From: Chloroflexota bacterium
GTDB lineage: Bacteria > Chloroflexota > UBA11872 > VXOZ01
Assembly: GCA_965221905.1 (NCBI GenBank)
Contig: OZ244922.1
Coordinates: 3,328,001 to 3,392,000 of the forward strand
Reading direction: 5' to 3'
DNA: 64,000 nucleotides
The position numbers were made by a program, and so were the translations under genes. Positions 1 through 8,986 of the stretch are shown in pieces (position 1 is the first letter of the stretch; every line of letters begins with the position of its first letter). The notes under the pieces are model-generated. The model saw only the letters and a program-made list of their open reading frames with translations. It had not been told where the DNA came from and did no database searches.

Positions 1-309
1 AACTTGTCGCTGTGCAAGGTTCTTGAGCTGACCAACAAAGGTCACGATGTCACAAGACGAAGACGGCCCGAGCACAAGATGAACGTGGTTCGGCATCAGA
101 CAATATGCAAAAACCTGCACGCCGGTCCTACAGGCATGTCCATGTAGCACGTCATTCGCAGCTTGAGCAATCCCTGGCTCTGCAAAGACCGAGCGCCGCG
201 CACGCGTGCCAATGGTCACAGAACAGATGATTCCCATTTGACCGTAGAGTCTTCGGTCAAGGCGGATACGTTTGTGGTGGCGTGCATTTGGGAGAGTGTT
301 GGAAACCAC
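1..309 (-). CDS. REP-associated tyrosine transposase (RAYT/TnpA-REP, IS200/Y1 HUH family), truncated by window edge
   Basis: Manual translation from GTG at 309 (RBS GAAAGAGGA upstream): MVSNTLPNARHHKRIRLDRRLYGQMGIICSVTIGTRARRSVF...VFAYCLMPNHVHLVLG...VGQLKNLAQRQV. Contains the HUH motif MPNHVH and a RAYT-like N-terminus, and lies next to a REP array. Confidence 0.88.
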   Translation of the reverse strand, partial: MVSNTLPNARHHKRIRLDRRLYGQMGIICSVTIGTRARRSVFAEPGIAQAANDVLHGHACRTGVQVFAYCLMPNHVHLVLGPSSSCDIVTFVGQLKNLAQRQV

Positions 310-330
310 GTTCCTCTTTCAGCAAAGACT

Positions 331-595
331 ACGGGGAACAAACCCCCCGCACTACGGCGGTGAGCAAATACGATGCGGCTCCCGGAGTCTCCACTTTACG
401 TCAAGCAAAGAGCGGGGGACAAGCCCCCGCGCTACGGCGGAGTACAAATACGATGCGACTTCGGGAGTCTCCACTTTACGTCAAGCAACAAACGGGGAAC
501 AAGCCCCCGCGCTACGGCGGAGTACAAATACGATGCGGCTTCGGGAGTCGCCACTTTACGTCAGGCAAAAAACGGGGGACAAGCCCCCGCGCTAC
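331..595 (-). repeat. Tandem array of 4 GTAG-type REPs (GTAGCGCGGGGGCTTGTCCCCCG), 80-bp period
   Basis: CTAC (GTAG on minus) at 352, 432, 512 and 592. Hairpin GGGGG-CTTGT-CCCCC, near-identical spacers, directly upstream of the RAYT. Confidence 0.9.
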
Positions 596-651
596 ATAAG
601 AGTTAGGGCGCACTGTCTTGGTGCAAGACAGTGCGCCCTGCTCACACCCTC

Positions 652-1500
652 TTACCCCACTGCGATACCCAACTCCTGTTCCACGTAAGCCTTATTCGTC
701 GCCGCGCTGGCTTTGGGCGTGGAGCGGGAGCGGTCGAGCTCGATCATGAGCCACCCTGCGTAGCCGCTCTCCTGCAGCGCCTGAACGCATTCTTTCACCT
801 GCACCACGCCGGCGCCGAGTTCTACGAAGTCGGGCAAGATGGCTGTCGCCGCATCCGCGCCCTGCGCTTGTTCTGTTTGGGCGTCGGAGAAGGCTTGCGG
901 GTCCCAGTCTTTCAAGTGGACGTACTTCACGCGGTCGGCGTAGGTGCGTACTACTGCCAACTCGTCGCCGCCGCCTTTGCGCACGTGCGCTGTGTCCGGG
1001 CAGAGAAAGACGTAGCGTGGGTCGGTGTAGTGCATCATGATCTCGATCTCTTCGTCAGTCTCCACCGTGGTGGCGTAATGCGGGTGGTAGCACGCGAGCA
1101 CGCCGAAGTCGAGACAGCGGCGGCCGATCTCGTTCATGCAGTGCGCCTGGTTGTGGAGATCGTCGCTAGTAGGGCCGCCCGGCGCGCGCGAACCGCCGCC
1201 AAGCACCAGCCGATCAGCGCCATGGGCGGCCAGGAACTTGGCAAAGCCCACGTTGCGCGCGATCATCTCATCCATGCGGTGGGCCTCATTCATGGGGCCG
1301 CCGCCATAGACGGTGACGAGCTCCAAACCCCGCTGTGCAATGAGGTCCTGAAACTCGCTGACCTTATCGCCGTACGTGTCCACCACCGCCGCGAACGTCT
1401 CGAATCCCTTGAATCCCAGCGCGGCAATCTCGTCCAACGCCTGCTCGAAGCCATCCATGCCCCACGTGATCGTGTGGTATCCAACGCGAATGTCTGCCAC
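652..1500 (-). CDS. Sugar phosphate isomerase/epimerase (IolE/xylose-isomerase-like TIM barrel)
   Basis: ITWG N-terminus, YHPH, DTAH, HLKD and IELD motifs. GTG start at 1500 with RBS GAGGGGGAG. Confidence 0.85.
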   Translation of the reverse strand: MADIRVGYHTITWGMDGFEQALDEIAALGFKGFETFAAVVDTYGDKVSEFQDLIAQRGLELVTVYGGGPMNEAHRMDEMIARNVGFAKFLAAHGADRLVLGGGSRAPGGPTSDDLHNQAHCMNEIGRRCLDFGVLACYHPHYATTVETDEEIEIMMHYTDPRYVFLCPDTAHVRKGGGDELAVVRTYADRVKYVHLKDWDPQAFSDAQTEQAQGADAATAILPDFVELGAGVVQVKECVQALQESGYAGWLMIELDRSRSTPKASAATNKAYVEQELGIAVG

Positions 1501-1765
1501 GGTTGCTCTCCCCCTCGGTTGCTTTCCTGCCAAGCGACGGCAAGATTCTGTTCAATTCCCGCATGTCCATTGATGATTGAGCACCTCTATAGTAGCAGAG
1601 GGCTTGCAGGGGTACGCGCGCGTTCTGCCATTAGTGAATCAGCGGAATGCGCCCTGCCATCACTTGGCCTCCCTGGCGCGAATCGCCACACGCTCTACCG
1701 GTACCGGATGAACCGCCACGCTCAGGCCGGCCGGCATTCTCAGCCGGGCAAACGTCTTCAACCGG

Positions 1766-3199
1766 CTAGGATTTCGCTACCGTATACGCATCCTCTATGG
1801 AGTAGGCGTCTTCCAGCTTCACGCGGAAAGGTTCTTGGGAGCGGGACACGGTGGCGCTTTGGTAGGCGTGGTTCTGCAGATTGTGCTCGCAGAGTAAGCC
1901 GCGCATGTGGGCGATAACGTCCGCGTGCTCCCCGCTCTGCGCTAGGTTCTGGATTTCGTCGGAGTCGGTCTCCAGATCGTAGAGTTCGCTCTCGCCGGTG
2001 GCGTAGTGGGCGTACTTGAAGCGCGCATCCCGCACCATCTGGCTGCCCATGTTTTCGCTGAAGACAATGTCGCGGTGCGGAAGCGTGGGATCTGTCAGCA
2101 ATGGCGCAAGGCTTGTGCCTTGCAGCGTGTCCGGCGGCTCCACGCCGCAGGTATTGTAGAAGAGCGGCACGTAATCGAGAGAACTCACAAGCGATGCGCA
2201 CCGCGTCCCACCGGCCACCGCCGGCCCGCGGATGATGAGCGGCACGTGGGCCATCGACTCGTAGTAGAAGCCCTTGTACGGCAGGCCGTGATCGCCGAGC
2301 GCGTCCCCATGGTCGGCGGTATAAATGATGAGCGTCTCGTCGAGCACGCCGTTGGCATCCAGCGCGGCCAGTATCTTGCCGACTTCCTCGTCGATCAGGG
2401 AGATGTTGGCGTAGTAGTGAGCGCGCCACTTGCGATGCTGTTCCGGCGTGGCCTGCGAGGGATCCATGCGGTACATGGAGTTCTTGACATTCTCTTTCCC
2501 TGCCTGTCCCTGCGCGCGCGGCTTGTTTGCAAGGTCCGCGCGGGAACCGACGGGCGCGGGAATGGGCGCGCTATAGTACATGTCCGCCATCTCTTCCGGC
2601 GGGTCGTAGGGATCGTGCGGCCCGGCAAAGCTCACCCACGCGGCAAAAGGTTCTTTGCCGTTGCGCGCCAGCCAGTCGGCTGCCTGGTCTCCAATGAAAC
2701 CATCTACGTGGAAACACTTCGGCAGCGGCGTTACCGAGGCGTTCAGCGTATCGAAGTAGCCGGGGTTCTGGGTGGGGTGCGCGCGCTGGTGGCCGTGGGC
2801 GCGGAGAAACTTGCTATAGTCGTCGGGCAAGTACGTATGCCGCTTGTCTTCGGCGCTAATGCGCTCCTGGAAGCCGTTGCGCGCATCCCACGGAAAGAAG
2901 TGCATCTTGCCGATCGCGGCAGTGTTATACCCCGCGTCGGAGAGCACTTGGGGCCAGACGGGAACCTTGCCCTCGTCAAGCCAGTGCGCGTTGCCCAGCA
3001 CGCCGGTAGTGGTGGGCCACTGCCCGCCCAGCAACGCCGCGCGCGTGGGTACACAGAGCGGCGCGGGCACGTAGCAGCGCTCGAACACCATCCCCTCCCG
3101 CGCCAGCCGGTCGAGATTGGGCGTCTGCATGAAGTCCAGACCGTAGCACGGCAGGCTATCCCAGCGCTGCTGGTCTGCGGTGATGAAGAGAAGATTCAT
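1766..3199 (-). CDS. Sulfatase (choline-sulfatase/arylsulfatase-like)
   Basis: ITADQQR, CVPTR (CxPxR formylglycine motif), GKMH, PHDPYD, ADHGD. Confidence 0.92.
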   Translation of the reverse strand: MNLLFITADQQRWDSLPCYGLDFMQTPNLDRLAREGMVFERCYVPAPLCVPTRAALLGGQWPTTTGVLGNAHWLDEGKVPVWPQVLSDAGYNTAAIGKMHFFPWDARNGFQERISAEDKRHTYLPDDYSKFLRAHGHQRAHPTQNPGYFDTLNASVTPLPKCFHVDGFIGDQAADWLARNGKEPFAAWVSFAGPHDPYDPPEEMADMYYSAPIPAPVGSRADLANKPRAQGQAGKENVKNSMYRMDPSQATPEQHRKWRAHYYANISLIDEEVGKILAALDANGVLDETLIIYTADHGDALGDHGLPYKGFYYESMAHVPLIIRGPAVAGGTRCASLVSSLDYVPLFYNTCGVEPPDTLQGTSLAPLLTDPTLPHRDIVFSENMGSQMVRDARFKYAHYATGESELYDLETDSDEIQNLAQSGEHADVIAHMRGLLCEHNLQNHAYQSATVSRSQEPFRVKLEDAYSIEDAYTVAKS

Positions 3200-3366
3200 G
3201 AGTGCTCCTCGGTGCTATCCTTACACTTCTATCAGTGTGGGTTTTCTTGAGAATTAGTCCCGGATTGGTATCGAATTGGGCGGCAGCCATTGTGATTGTT
3301 GTCGCACAAGAGATTCCATGGTGCACAGTTGCAAGGGCGGTGCGACCGAGCTGAGTTATGAAGATT

Positions 3367-3474
3367 CCCCCTCACCCCCGATCAAGTACGGGGCAGGCTC
3401 TAACCCTCTCCCGCCGGGAGATGGGACTTTCTCGCCTCGGCAAGGGTTATGCACGGGTCTCCGCTGGGAGAGGG
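3367..3474. repeat. Composite palindromic repeat (CCCTCACCC..CCCTCTCCC..GGGAGAGGG family with MITE-like end)
   Basis: Same parts as 45990-46481 and 17039-17072, including a GGGTTATGCA..GGTCTC end. Confidence 0.6.
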
Positions 3475-3682
3475 TGCAATCGCTCCTAAACAGTGTCATG
3501 CGCGTCTTTCTACAAGGAACAGTTGATGGCGAACTCCCAGTCGCGACCATAAATGAATCTCCACATCCGGGAATGCCACGGCTAATAGTTACTTCAACTA
3601 TTATAGAGATGAATTCCCGCGATCGCAGAGATGGGATGTGAACTGGCCGTCTCGCTGGATAGCAATCTAGGCGGAGAATGCC

Positions 3683-4468
3683 GTGGCTACCGACACACCG
3701 CAAGTGCTCTTAGAGGTCGACAACGTTGCCAAGTCGTTTGGGGGCTTGCAGGCCGTGCGCAACTGCTCGCTGCAGGTGCGCCCAGGTACGATTACGGGTC
3801 TGATTGGGCCGAATGGCGCCGGCAAGACGACGATGTTCAATCTCATTTCCGGCTTCTATGCCCCGGACTCGGGCAGCATCGTCTTCCAAGGCAACCGCAT
3901 CGACGGGCTGCCGCCGCACCGGGTCTTCCGCCACGGACTCTGCCGCACCTTCCAAGTGCCCAAAGAGCTTAAGCAGATGACCGTGCTCGAGAACCTGATG
4001 CTTGTGCCGTCCGGTCAAGTAGGTGAACGGCTGGGGGCCGCGTGGGTTATGCCCTGGCGCGTGCGTCAGCAGGAGCAGGAAGCCTTCGACAAAGCGCTCA
4101 ACGTGCTGGAGTTTGTAAGTCTGGCGCATCTGCGCGACGAATACGCGGCAAATCTCTCTACCGGCCAGAAGAAGCTGCTGGAACTCGCCCGGGCGATGAT
4201 GACCGATCCCCAACTCATCATGCTGGACGAACCGGGCGCAGGTGTGAATCCAACCCTCCTGCGCAGCCTGATGGAGCAAATCGAGCGCCTGGTGGCCGAG
4301 CGGGGCATTACCGTGCTGCTCATCGAACACAACATGGCGGTGGTAATGGGCCTCTGCAACCCGGTGATTGTGATGAGCAACGGCGAGAAGCTCGCAGAGG
4401 GCACGCCCGCTGAAATCCAGCAGAACGAGCAGGTGCTTGCTGCGTACCTGGGAGGACAGAACCGGTGA
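3683..4468 (+). CDS. livG: Branched-chain amino acid ABC transporter ATP-binding protein (LivG-like)
   Basis: GPNGAGKT Walker A, LDEPGAG, IEHNM, C-terminal AYLG. Confidence 0.9.
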   Translation: MATDTPQVLLEVDNVAKSFGGLQAVRNCSLQVRPGTITGLIGPNGAGKTTMFNLISGFYAPDSGSIVFQGNRIDGLPPHRVFRHGLCRTFQVPKELKQMTVLENLMLVPSGQVGERLGAAWVMPWRVRQQEQEAFDKALNVLEFVSLAHLRDEYAANLSTGQKKLLELARAMMTDPQLIMLDEPGAGVNPTLLRSLMEQIERLVAERGITVLLIEHNMAVVMGLCNPVIVMSNGEKLAEGTPAEIQQNEQVLAAYLGGQNR

Positions 4469-5175
4469 ATCTCCTCGATGCTTCCGGGATAGTCTCCGGC
4501 TATGGCGAAATTGAGATCCTCCACGGCGTCTCTCTTGCCGTTGGTGTCAGAGAGGTGGTCGCCGTCATCGGTCCCAACGGCTGCGGCAAGTCCACGCTGA
4601 TGAAGACGATATTCGGCCTTCTGAAACCCACCAAGGGTACGGTCACTTTCAGCGACACCGACATTACCGGCATGCCGCCCCATGAAATCGTCCGCCGGGG
4701 ATTGAGCTACGTGCCGCAGGCGGACAATACGTTCTTGAGCTTGACGGTGCAAGAGAACCTCGCCATGGGGGCTTTCCTCCGGCCCGACATTTATGCAGGC
4801 CAGGCGGCGATGGCCTATGATCTCTTTCCCGATCTCAAAGAGCGCCGTAACGCCAAGGTCTCGTCGCTAAGCGGCGGCCAGCGCCAGATGGTAGCTATGG
4901 CGCGCGCGCTCATGCTCGAACCGCAACTCCTCCTGCTCGACGAACCCACGGCGGGCCTCGCGCCGGTATTTGTAGATACAGTGTTCGCCCAGATAGCGCA
5001 CGTCAACGCGCAGGGCATTGCCGTGCTCATGGTGGAGCAGAACGCGCGCATGGCGCTGGAGCACACACACCGCGGCTATGTTTTGGCCGGCGGGGAGAAC
5101 CGCTTCACCGACGAAAGCAGCGCGCTACTGGCGAACGAGGAAGTAGCCCGGCTTTATTTAGGAGGGGCAGCATGA
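4465..5175 (+). CDS. livF: Branched-chain amino acid ABC transporter ATP-binding protein (LivF-like)
   Basis: GPNGCGKS, LSGGQ, LDEP, VEQNA. 4-bp overlap with the upstream gene. Confidence 0.9.
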   Translation: MNLLDASGIVSGYGEIEILHGVSLAVGVREVVAVIGPNGCGKSTLMKTIFGLLKPTKGTVTFSDTDITGMPPHEIVRRGLSYVPQADNTFLSLTVQENLAMGAFLRPDIYAGQAAMAYDLFPDLKERRNAKVSSLSGGQRQMVAMARALMLEPQLLLLDEPTAGLAPVFVDTVFAQIAHVNAQGIAVLMVEQNARMALEHTHRGYVLAGGENRFTDESSALLANEEVARLYLGGAA

Positions 5176-6089
5176 TTGCGTTGATCGTTGACGGGATCAT
5201 CCTCGGCAGCATTCTCTCCCTCGGCGCGGTGAGCCTCACCTTGGTGTACGGCATTGTCCGCTTTGCCAACTTTGCGCACGGGGACTTGATGGCCGTTGGC
5301 GCGTACGTAGCATTCTTTCTCGTGAATACGGCCTTCGCCGCGTTGGGCATACCGACATTCACGTTTGGGCCGCTTTCATTCGGGTTGCCGATGCTGCTCG
5401 CGCTCCCGTTGGCTATGATCGCTACGGCCGGCGTCGCCGTGATTGTCGATCGGCTTGTGTTCCGTCCAATGCGCCAACGCCGGTACGCGACGGTGATGTT
5501 CGTCATCGGCTCTCTCGCCGTAGCCTTTGCGCTCCGCGCCTTGCTCTTCATCATCTGGGGACCGGAGTTTCACTTCTTCACCCAGGCCCTGCGTCCGGCT
5601 CTCCAGCTTCCGTTCGAGGTTCGCGTGAAGCCTGATCAGATCTTCATCCTGATTGCCTGCCTCGCCATGGTGGTGGGACTATACCTCTTCCTAAAACACT
5701 CGAAGATCGGCCAGGCGCTGCGCGCTACGGCGGATAACCCGGACTTGGCGCGCATCAGCGGGATAAATACTGAGCGGATGATGGTCTGGACGTGGGCAAT
5801 CGGGGCAGCGATGGCGGCAACGGCTGGCATCTTGCTCGGCATCGACTCGCAGTTGCGTCCTGAGATGGGATGGAACTTGCTGCTGCCGCTCTTTGCCGCC
5901 GCCATTCTCGGCGGCATCGGTAACCCGTACGGCGCATTGATCGGCGGTATGGTGATAGGTATCGTGCAGCAAGTGTCGACGGCATTCCTCCTGCCCACCT
6001 ACAAGCCCGCCGTTGCGTTTGTGATTCTGATATTGGTGCTGCTCATCCGCCCGCGGGGTATTCTTGGCAGCGAGCAGCGGGGGTTTTGA
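5172..6089 (+). CDS. livH: Branched-chain amino acid ABC transporter permease (LivH-like)
   Basis: LVYG..FANFAHG, LRATADNPDLARISGIN, GGIGNPYGA. Hydrophobic. Confidence 0.88.
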   Translation: MIALIVDGIILGSILSLGAVSLTLVYGIVRFANFAHGDLMAVGAYVAFFLVNTAFAALGIPTFTFGPLSFGLPMLLALPLAMIATAGVAVIVDRLVFRPMRQRRYATVMFVIGSLAVAFALRALLFIIWGPEFHFFTQALRPALQLPFEVRVKPDQIFILIACLAMVVGLYLFLKHSKIGQALRATADNPDLARISGINTERMMVWTWAIGAAMAATAGILLGIDSQLRPEMGWNLLLPLFAAAILGGIGNPYGALIGGMVIGIVQQVSTAFLLPTYKPAVAFVILILVLLIRPRGILGSEQRGF

Positions 6090-6125
6090 AGACTCTTGAT
6101 CATTCGTTTTGACGTACCAAATTGT

Positions 6126-6288
6126 GCTTCGACAAGCTCAGCACGAACGGCTAAATCCCTTATTCGTTCGGCCCCGTATTGAGTGCGGGCAGGCTGTTAG
6201 CCTGTCGAATGGCGGACTATATGGTGCAATGTCCCATTGAGACGAGTTCTAGCCTGAACAGGACGGTAGCGCAGGTTTGTAACCTGCG
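6126..6288. repeat. Intergenic palindromic repeats (CTTCGACAAGCTCAG family plus one GTAGCGCAGGTTTGTAACCTGCG REP at 6266-6288)
   Basis: The CTTCGACA.GCTCAG motif recurs near 8922 and 45843. The REP matches the array units at 13.3 and 39.2 kb. Confidence 0.7.
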
Positions 6289-6360
6289 TCCGCAACAATC
6301 GCACGTTCGCTGCGGCGTGGCTTCACTATCGCCGAGCACAAGGGGAGCGCAAGAAGCAGA

Positions 6361-7350
6361 ATGACACTCGAGACGGTCTTGAGCTCCGGCATACTCAACT
6401 ACCTGGTGGGGTTTCTGATAGTCGCCGGCATTTACGCTCTGTTCACGCTGGGACTCAACGTGCACTTCGGCGAAACCGGTCTAATCAATTTCGGCATAGC
6501 CGGCTTCTTCGCCATCGGCGCATACACGGCGGCCTTGGTCACGAAGCCGCTGCCTACCGGCGAACTGGCCCGCTATACTCAGCAGGCGCTCGGCCTCAAC
6601 CAGCCGTTTCTCGTGGGTGTCATCGCCGCGGCGGTAGTCTGCGGCATAGTCGCCGTGCTGATAGGCATTCCCACGCTGCGCCTACGCGAGGACTACCTGG
6701 CAATTGCGACCATTGGCATCGCCGAGAGCATTCGGCTCGTATTCAACAACGAGCAATGGCTGGCAAATGGTTCGAAAGGACTGGTCGGCATCCCCCGTCC
6801 GCTCTACGACCTGGTGCCGCCCGCTTACTACAACTACGTTTACCTCGGCATCGTCGTGCTCGTGCTTGCGTTTGTTGCGGTGCTGCTGGAGCGCATGATC
6901 CGTTCGCCCTGGGGACGCGTGTTGCGGGCGATTCGGGAAGATGAGGTGGTGGCCGCCGCCTACGGCAAGAACGTGTTCGGCTTCAAGCTGCAGGCGCTCG
7001 TGCTCGGCGCGATGGTGATGGGCGTTGGCGGCGCGCTCTATGCCCACAACGCCGGCACTATCAGCCCCACGGTATTCGAGCCGGTCTTCGGCACCTTCAT
7101 CGTCTGGGTGATGCTGATCCTAGGAGGCAGCGGCAACACGAAAGGCGTGATCCTCGGCGCTTTCGTATTCTGGGCGATCTGGGCGGGGACGCAGTTTGCT
7201 ACCGATGCGCTCGTGCCGCCTGCCTTCAGCGCCCGCGCGCCTTACTTCAGGTTTCTCCTCATGGAGACGTTGCTCGTGCTGATGCTGCTCTTCCGTCCCA
7301 AAGGCATCCTGGGCGAGGAGCGCTTCGTCTCTACACTGCGCCCGCAGTAA
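6361..7350 (+). CDS. livM: Branched-chain amino acid ABC transporter permease (LivM-like)
   Basis: GLNVHFGETGLINFG, LRLREDYLAIAT, GRVLRAIREDE. Confidence 0.88.
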   Translation: MTLETVLSSGILNYLVGFLIVAGIYALFTLGLNVHFGETGLINFGIAGFFAIGAYTAALVTKPLPTGELARYTQQALGLNQPFLVGVIAAAVVCGIVAVLIGIPTLRLREDYLAIATIGIAESIRLVFNNEQWLANGSKGLVGIPRPLYDLVPPAYYNYVYLGIVVLVLAFVAVLLERMIRSPWGRVLRAIREDEVVAAAYGKNVFGFKLQALVLGAMVMGVGGALYAHNAGTISPTVFEPVFGTFIVWVMLILGGSGNTKGVILGAFVFWAIWAGTQFATDALVPPAFSARAPYFRFLLMETLLVLMLLFRPKGILGEERFVSTLRPQ

Positions 7351-7395
7351 AGAGAGAGTGGCAGGGAGTACTGACAGCACCTGTCACACCTGAAA

Positions 7396-7703
7396 GTGTC
7401 AGGTAATTCGTTGACAGAATGGGAGCATGTAACGGCAGGAAGTATTGGCTACCAATCTGCTGCCTTACCCTATAGGTCTTTCATGCACGAGCAGTGACAG
7501 CTCGTGCATGAAAGACGAACATGGTAGGCGGCACCAAAACCGTCACTCCGGCGCAAAGCCTGCCCCATACTTGATACGGGGCAGGAGTCTAGGGGGTGCA
7601 GTGAAGATGGATTCCGGCGAAAGCCGGAATGACGGAACTGACCGTCCTCAACTTTCCAGGACATCAACTGGATTGACAAATCTGTCAACGAATTAGTCAA
7701 CAC
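7396..7703. mobile_element. 308-bp MITE, copy 1
   Basis: Imperfect 23-bp TIRs GTGTCAGGTAATTCGTTGACAGA / GTGTTGACTAATTCGTTGACAGA. Second copy of the same length at 54691-54998. No transposase. Confidence 0.8.
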
Positions 7704-7902
7704 ATGTCATTCCGAGCGCAGCGAGGAATCTAGAATACGAGGAAATCTGTCGGAAATTCCGAGGCGCCGAACTTCCAGAGAAAGCTCCTCGCCTCTTTCG
7801 TTCGAGATTCGACCCTGCGTCGCACTCAGGACAGGCACGTTTAGCACGAACGGAGGACCGTTCTGAGGTTTTCAATGCCATCGAGCTCTCAGGAAGTCAG
7901 TT

Positions 7903-8832
7903 CTATGGCGACTTGCAACCGGGTTCGCCACGAATATTGAGAGTGACCACATAATTGCGCTCGACCTCAATGCCGGGCTCCGGGTTTTGGCTGGCGATGG
8001 TTCCACAGGTCCCGGAATCATCGGTTAGCGTGATTCCCGGCTGACCGCGCAAGCCAATGACACCGAGTTCTTGTGCCGCTATTGCGAATTGCTTTCCGCG
8101 AACGTCCGGCACGGTTACGCGGTCCACTCCATTGCTGACAATCAAGCGCACGGTACTCCCCGACTCTACCTGGGTGCCGGCGGGCGGCTCTTGGGCCAGC
8201 ACGATTCCTGCGTCGACCGTAGCACTCCCTTGCTCATCCACATTCACGGTTACACTCAGCAGCACCAACTGTTCACGGGCGTTATCCACCGTTATGCCTA
8301 CCACGTCGGGCATCGTGGGGTTTTCGGGTCCCTTGCTTATCCGTATGGTGACGGCGGTGCCTGCATCTACTTCGGTATTTCGCTCCGGCAGTTGGCTGAC
8401 AACCCGACCCGGCGCAACATTTTCATTGAAAACCTGCACAATATTCGCAGTAAGCCGATGCTGCCCGAGCAAGGTAACCGCCCGCTCCTCGGAAAGTTGG
8501 GTAAGGTCCGGCGCAGCCGAGCGCGGCGCAGGTGAAGCCTGTGCACCTTGGCCGCTGGATGTAGGGGGTACATTTGCAGGGGTAGGCGTGACTTTGGATA
8601 CGGGGCCAATCGTCAAAGTTGGAGTGGCACGCGGGGAGAAGAACGGGATGTCGCCCAAGAGCCCTTGTGTGTCCGGCACCAGGCGAAAACCGAGCCACAG
8701 CGCGAAGATTACTGCAAGAAAGATGAGCGGAATACCCCAGCGGGAAGCCGGTTCCGGCGACCGCCCGCCCGGCCTATCGCTCTTCCCCGAACCTCCCGCT
8801 CCCAATGAGTCCGACATTCGTCGATCGGCCAT
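7903..8832 (-). CDS. Membrane-anchored PASTA-domain protein (3 PASTA repeats, no kinase domain)
   Basis: One TM helix, Pro/Thr linker, repeats of (M/V)PDV.G....A...L...G.V..Q.P..G..V. Confidence 0.85.
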   Translation of the reverse strand: MADRRMSDSLGAGGSGKSDRPGGRSPEPASRWGIPLIFLAVIFALWLGFRLVPDTQGLLGDIPFFSPRATPTLTIGPVSKVTPTPANVPPTSSGQGAQASPAPRSAAPDLTQLSEERAVTLLGQHRLTANIVQVFNENVAPGRVVSQLPERNTEVDAGTAVTIRISKGPENPTMPDVVGITVDNAREQLVLLSVTVNVDEQGSATVDAGIVLAQEPPAGTQVESGSTVRLIVSNGVDRVTVPDVRGKQFAIAAQELGVIGLRGQPGITLTDDSGTCGTIASQNPEPGIEVERNYVVTLNIRGEPGCKSP

Positions 8833-8986
8833 CGTGCCTTGTAATATCCACTTTCCATCATTCCCGCGAAAACGGGAACCTACTGCCTATGCCGTCTTCC
8901 TGTTTGTCCCTCAGCGCCCGTCTTTCGACAGGCTCAAGACAAACGGCAAAGGATTGCCTATCGCGCTCGTAGCGCAAGGGGCGCTC

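Noticed and set aside
272-688. Repetitive ORFs 272..688, 282..599 and 373..606
   Set aside because: They are translations of the 80-bp REP array, with no RBS or family features.
631-3250. Long plus-strand ORFs 631..1917 and 2006..3250, and similar antisense ORFs elsewhere (e.g. 8057..9217, 37831..38829)
   Set aside because: Shadow ORFs opposite well-supported genes in GC-rich DNA.
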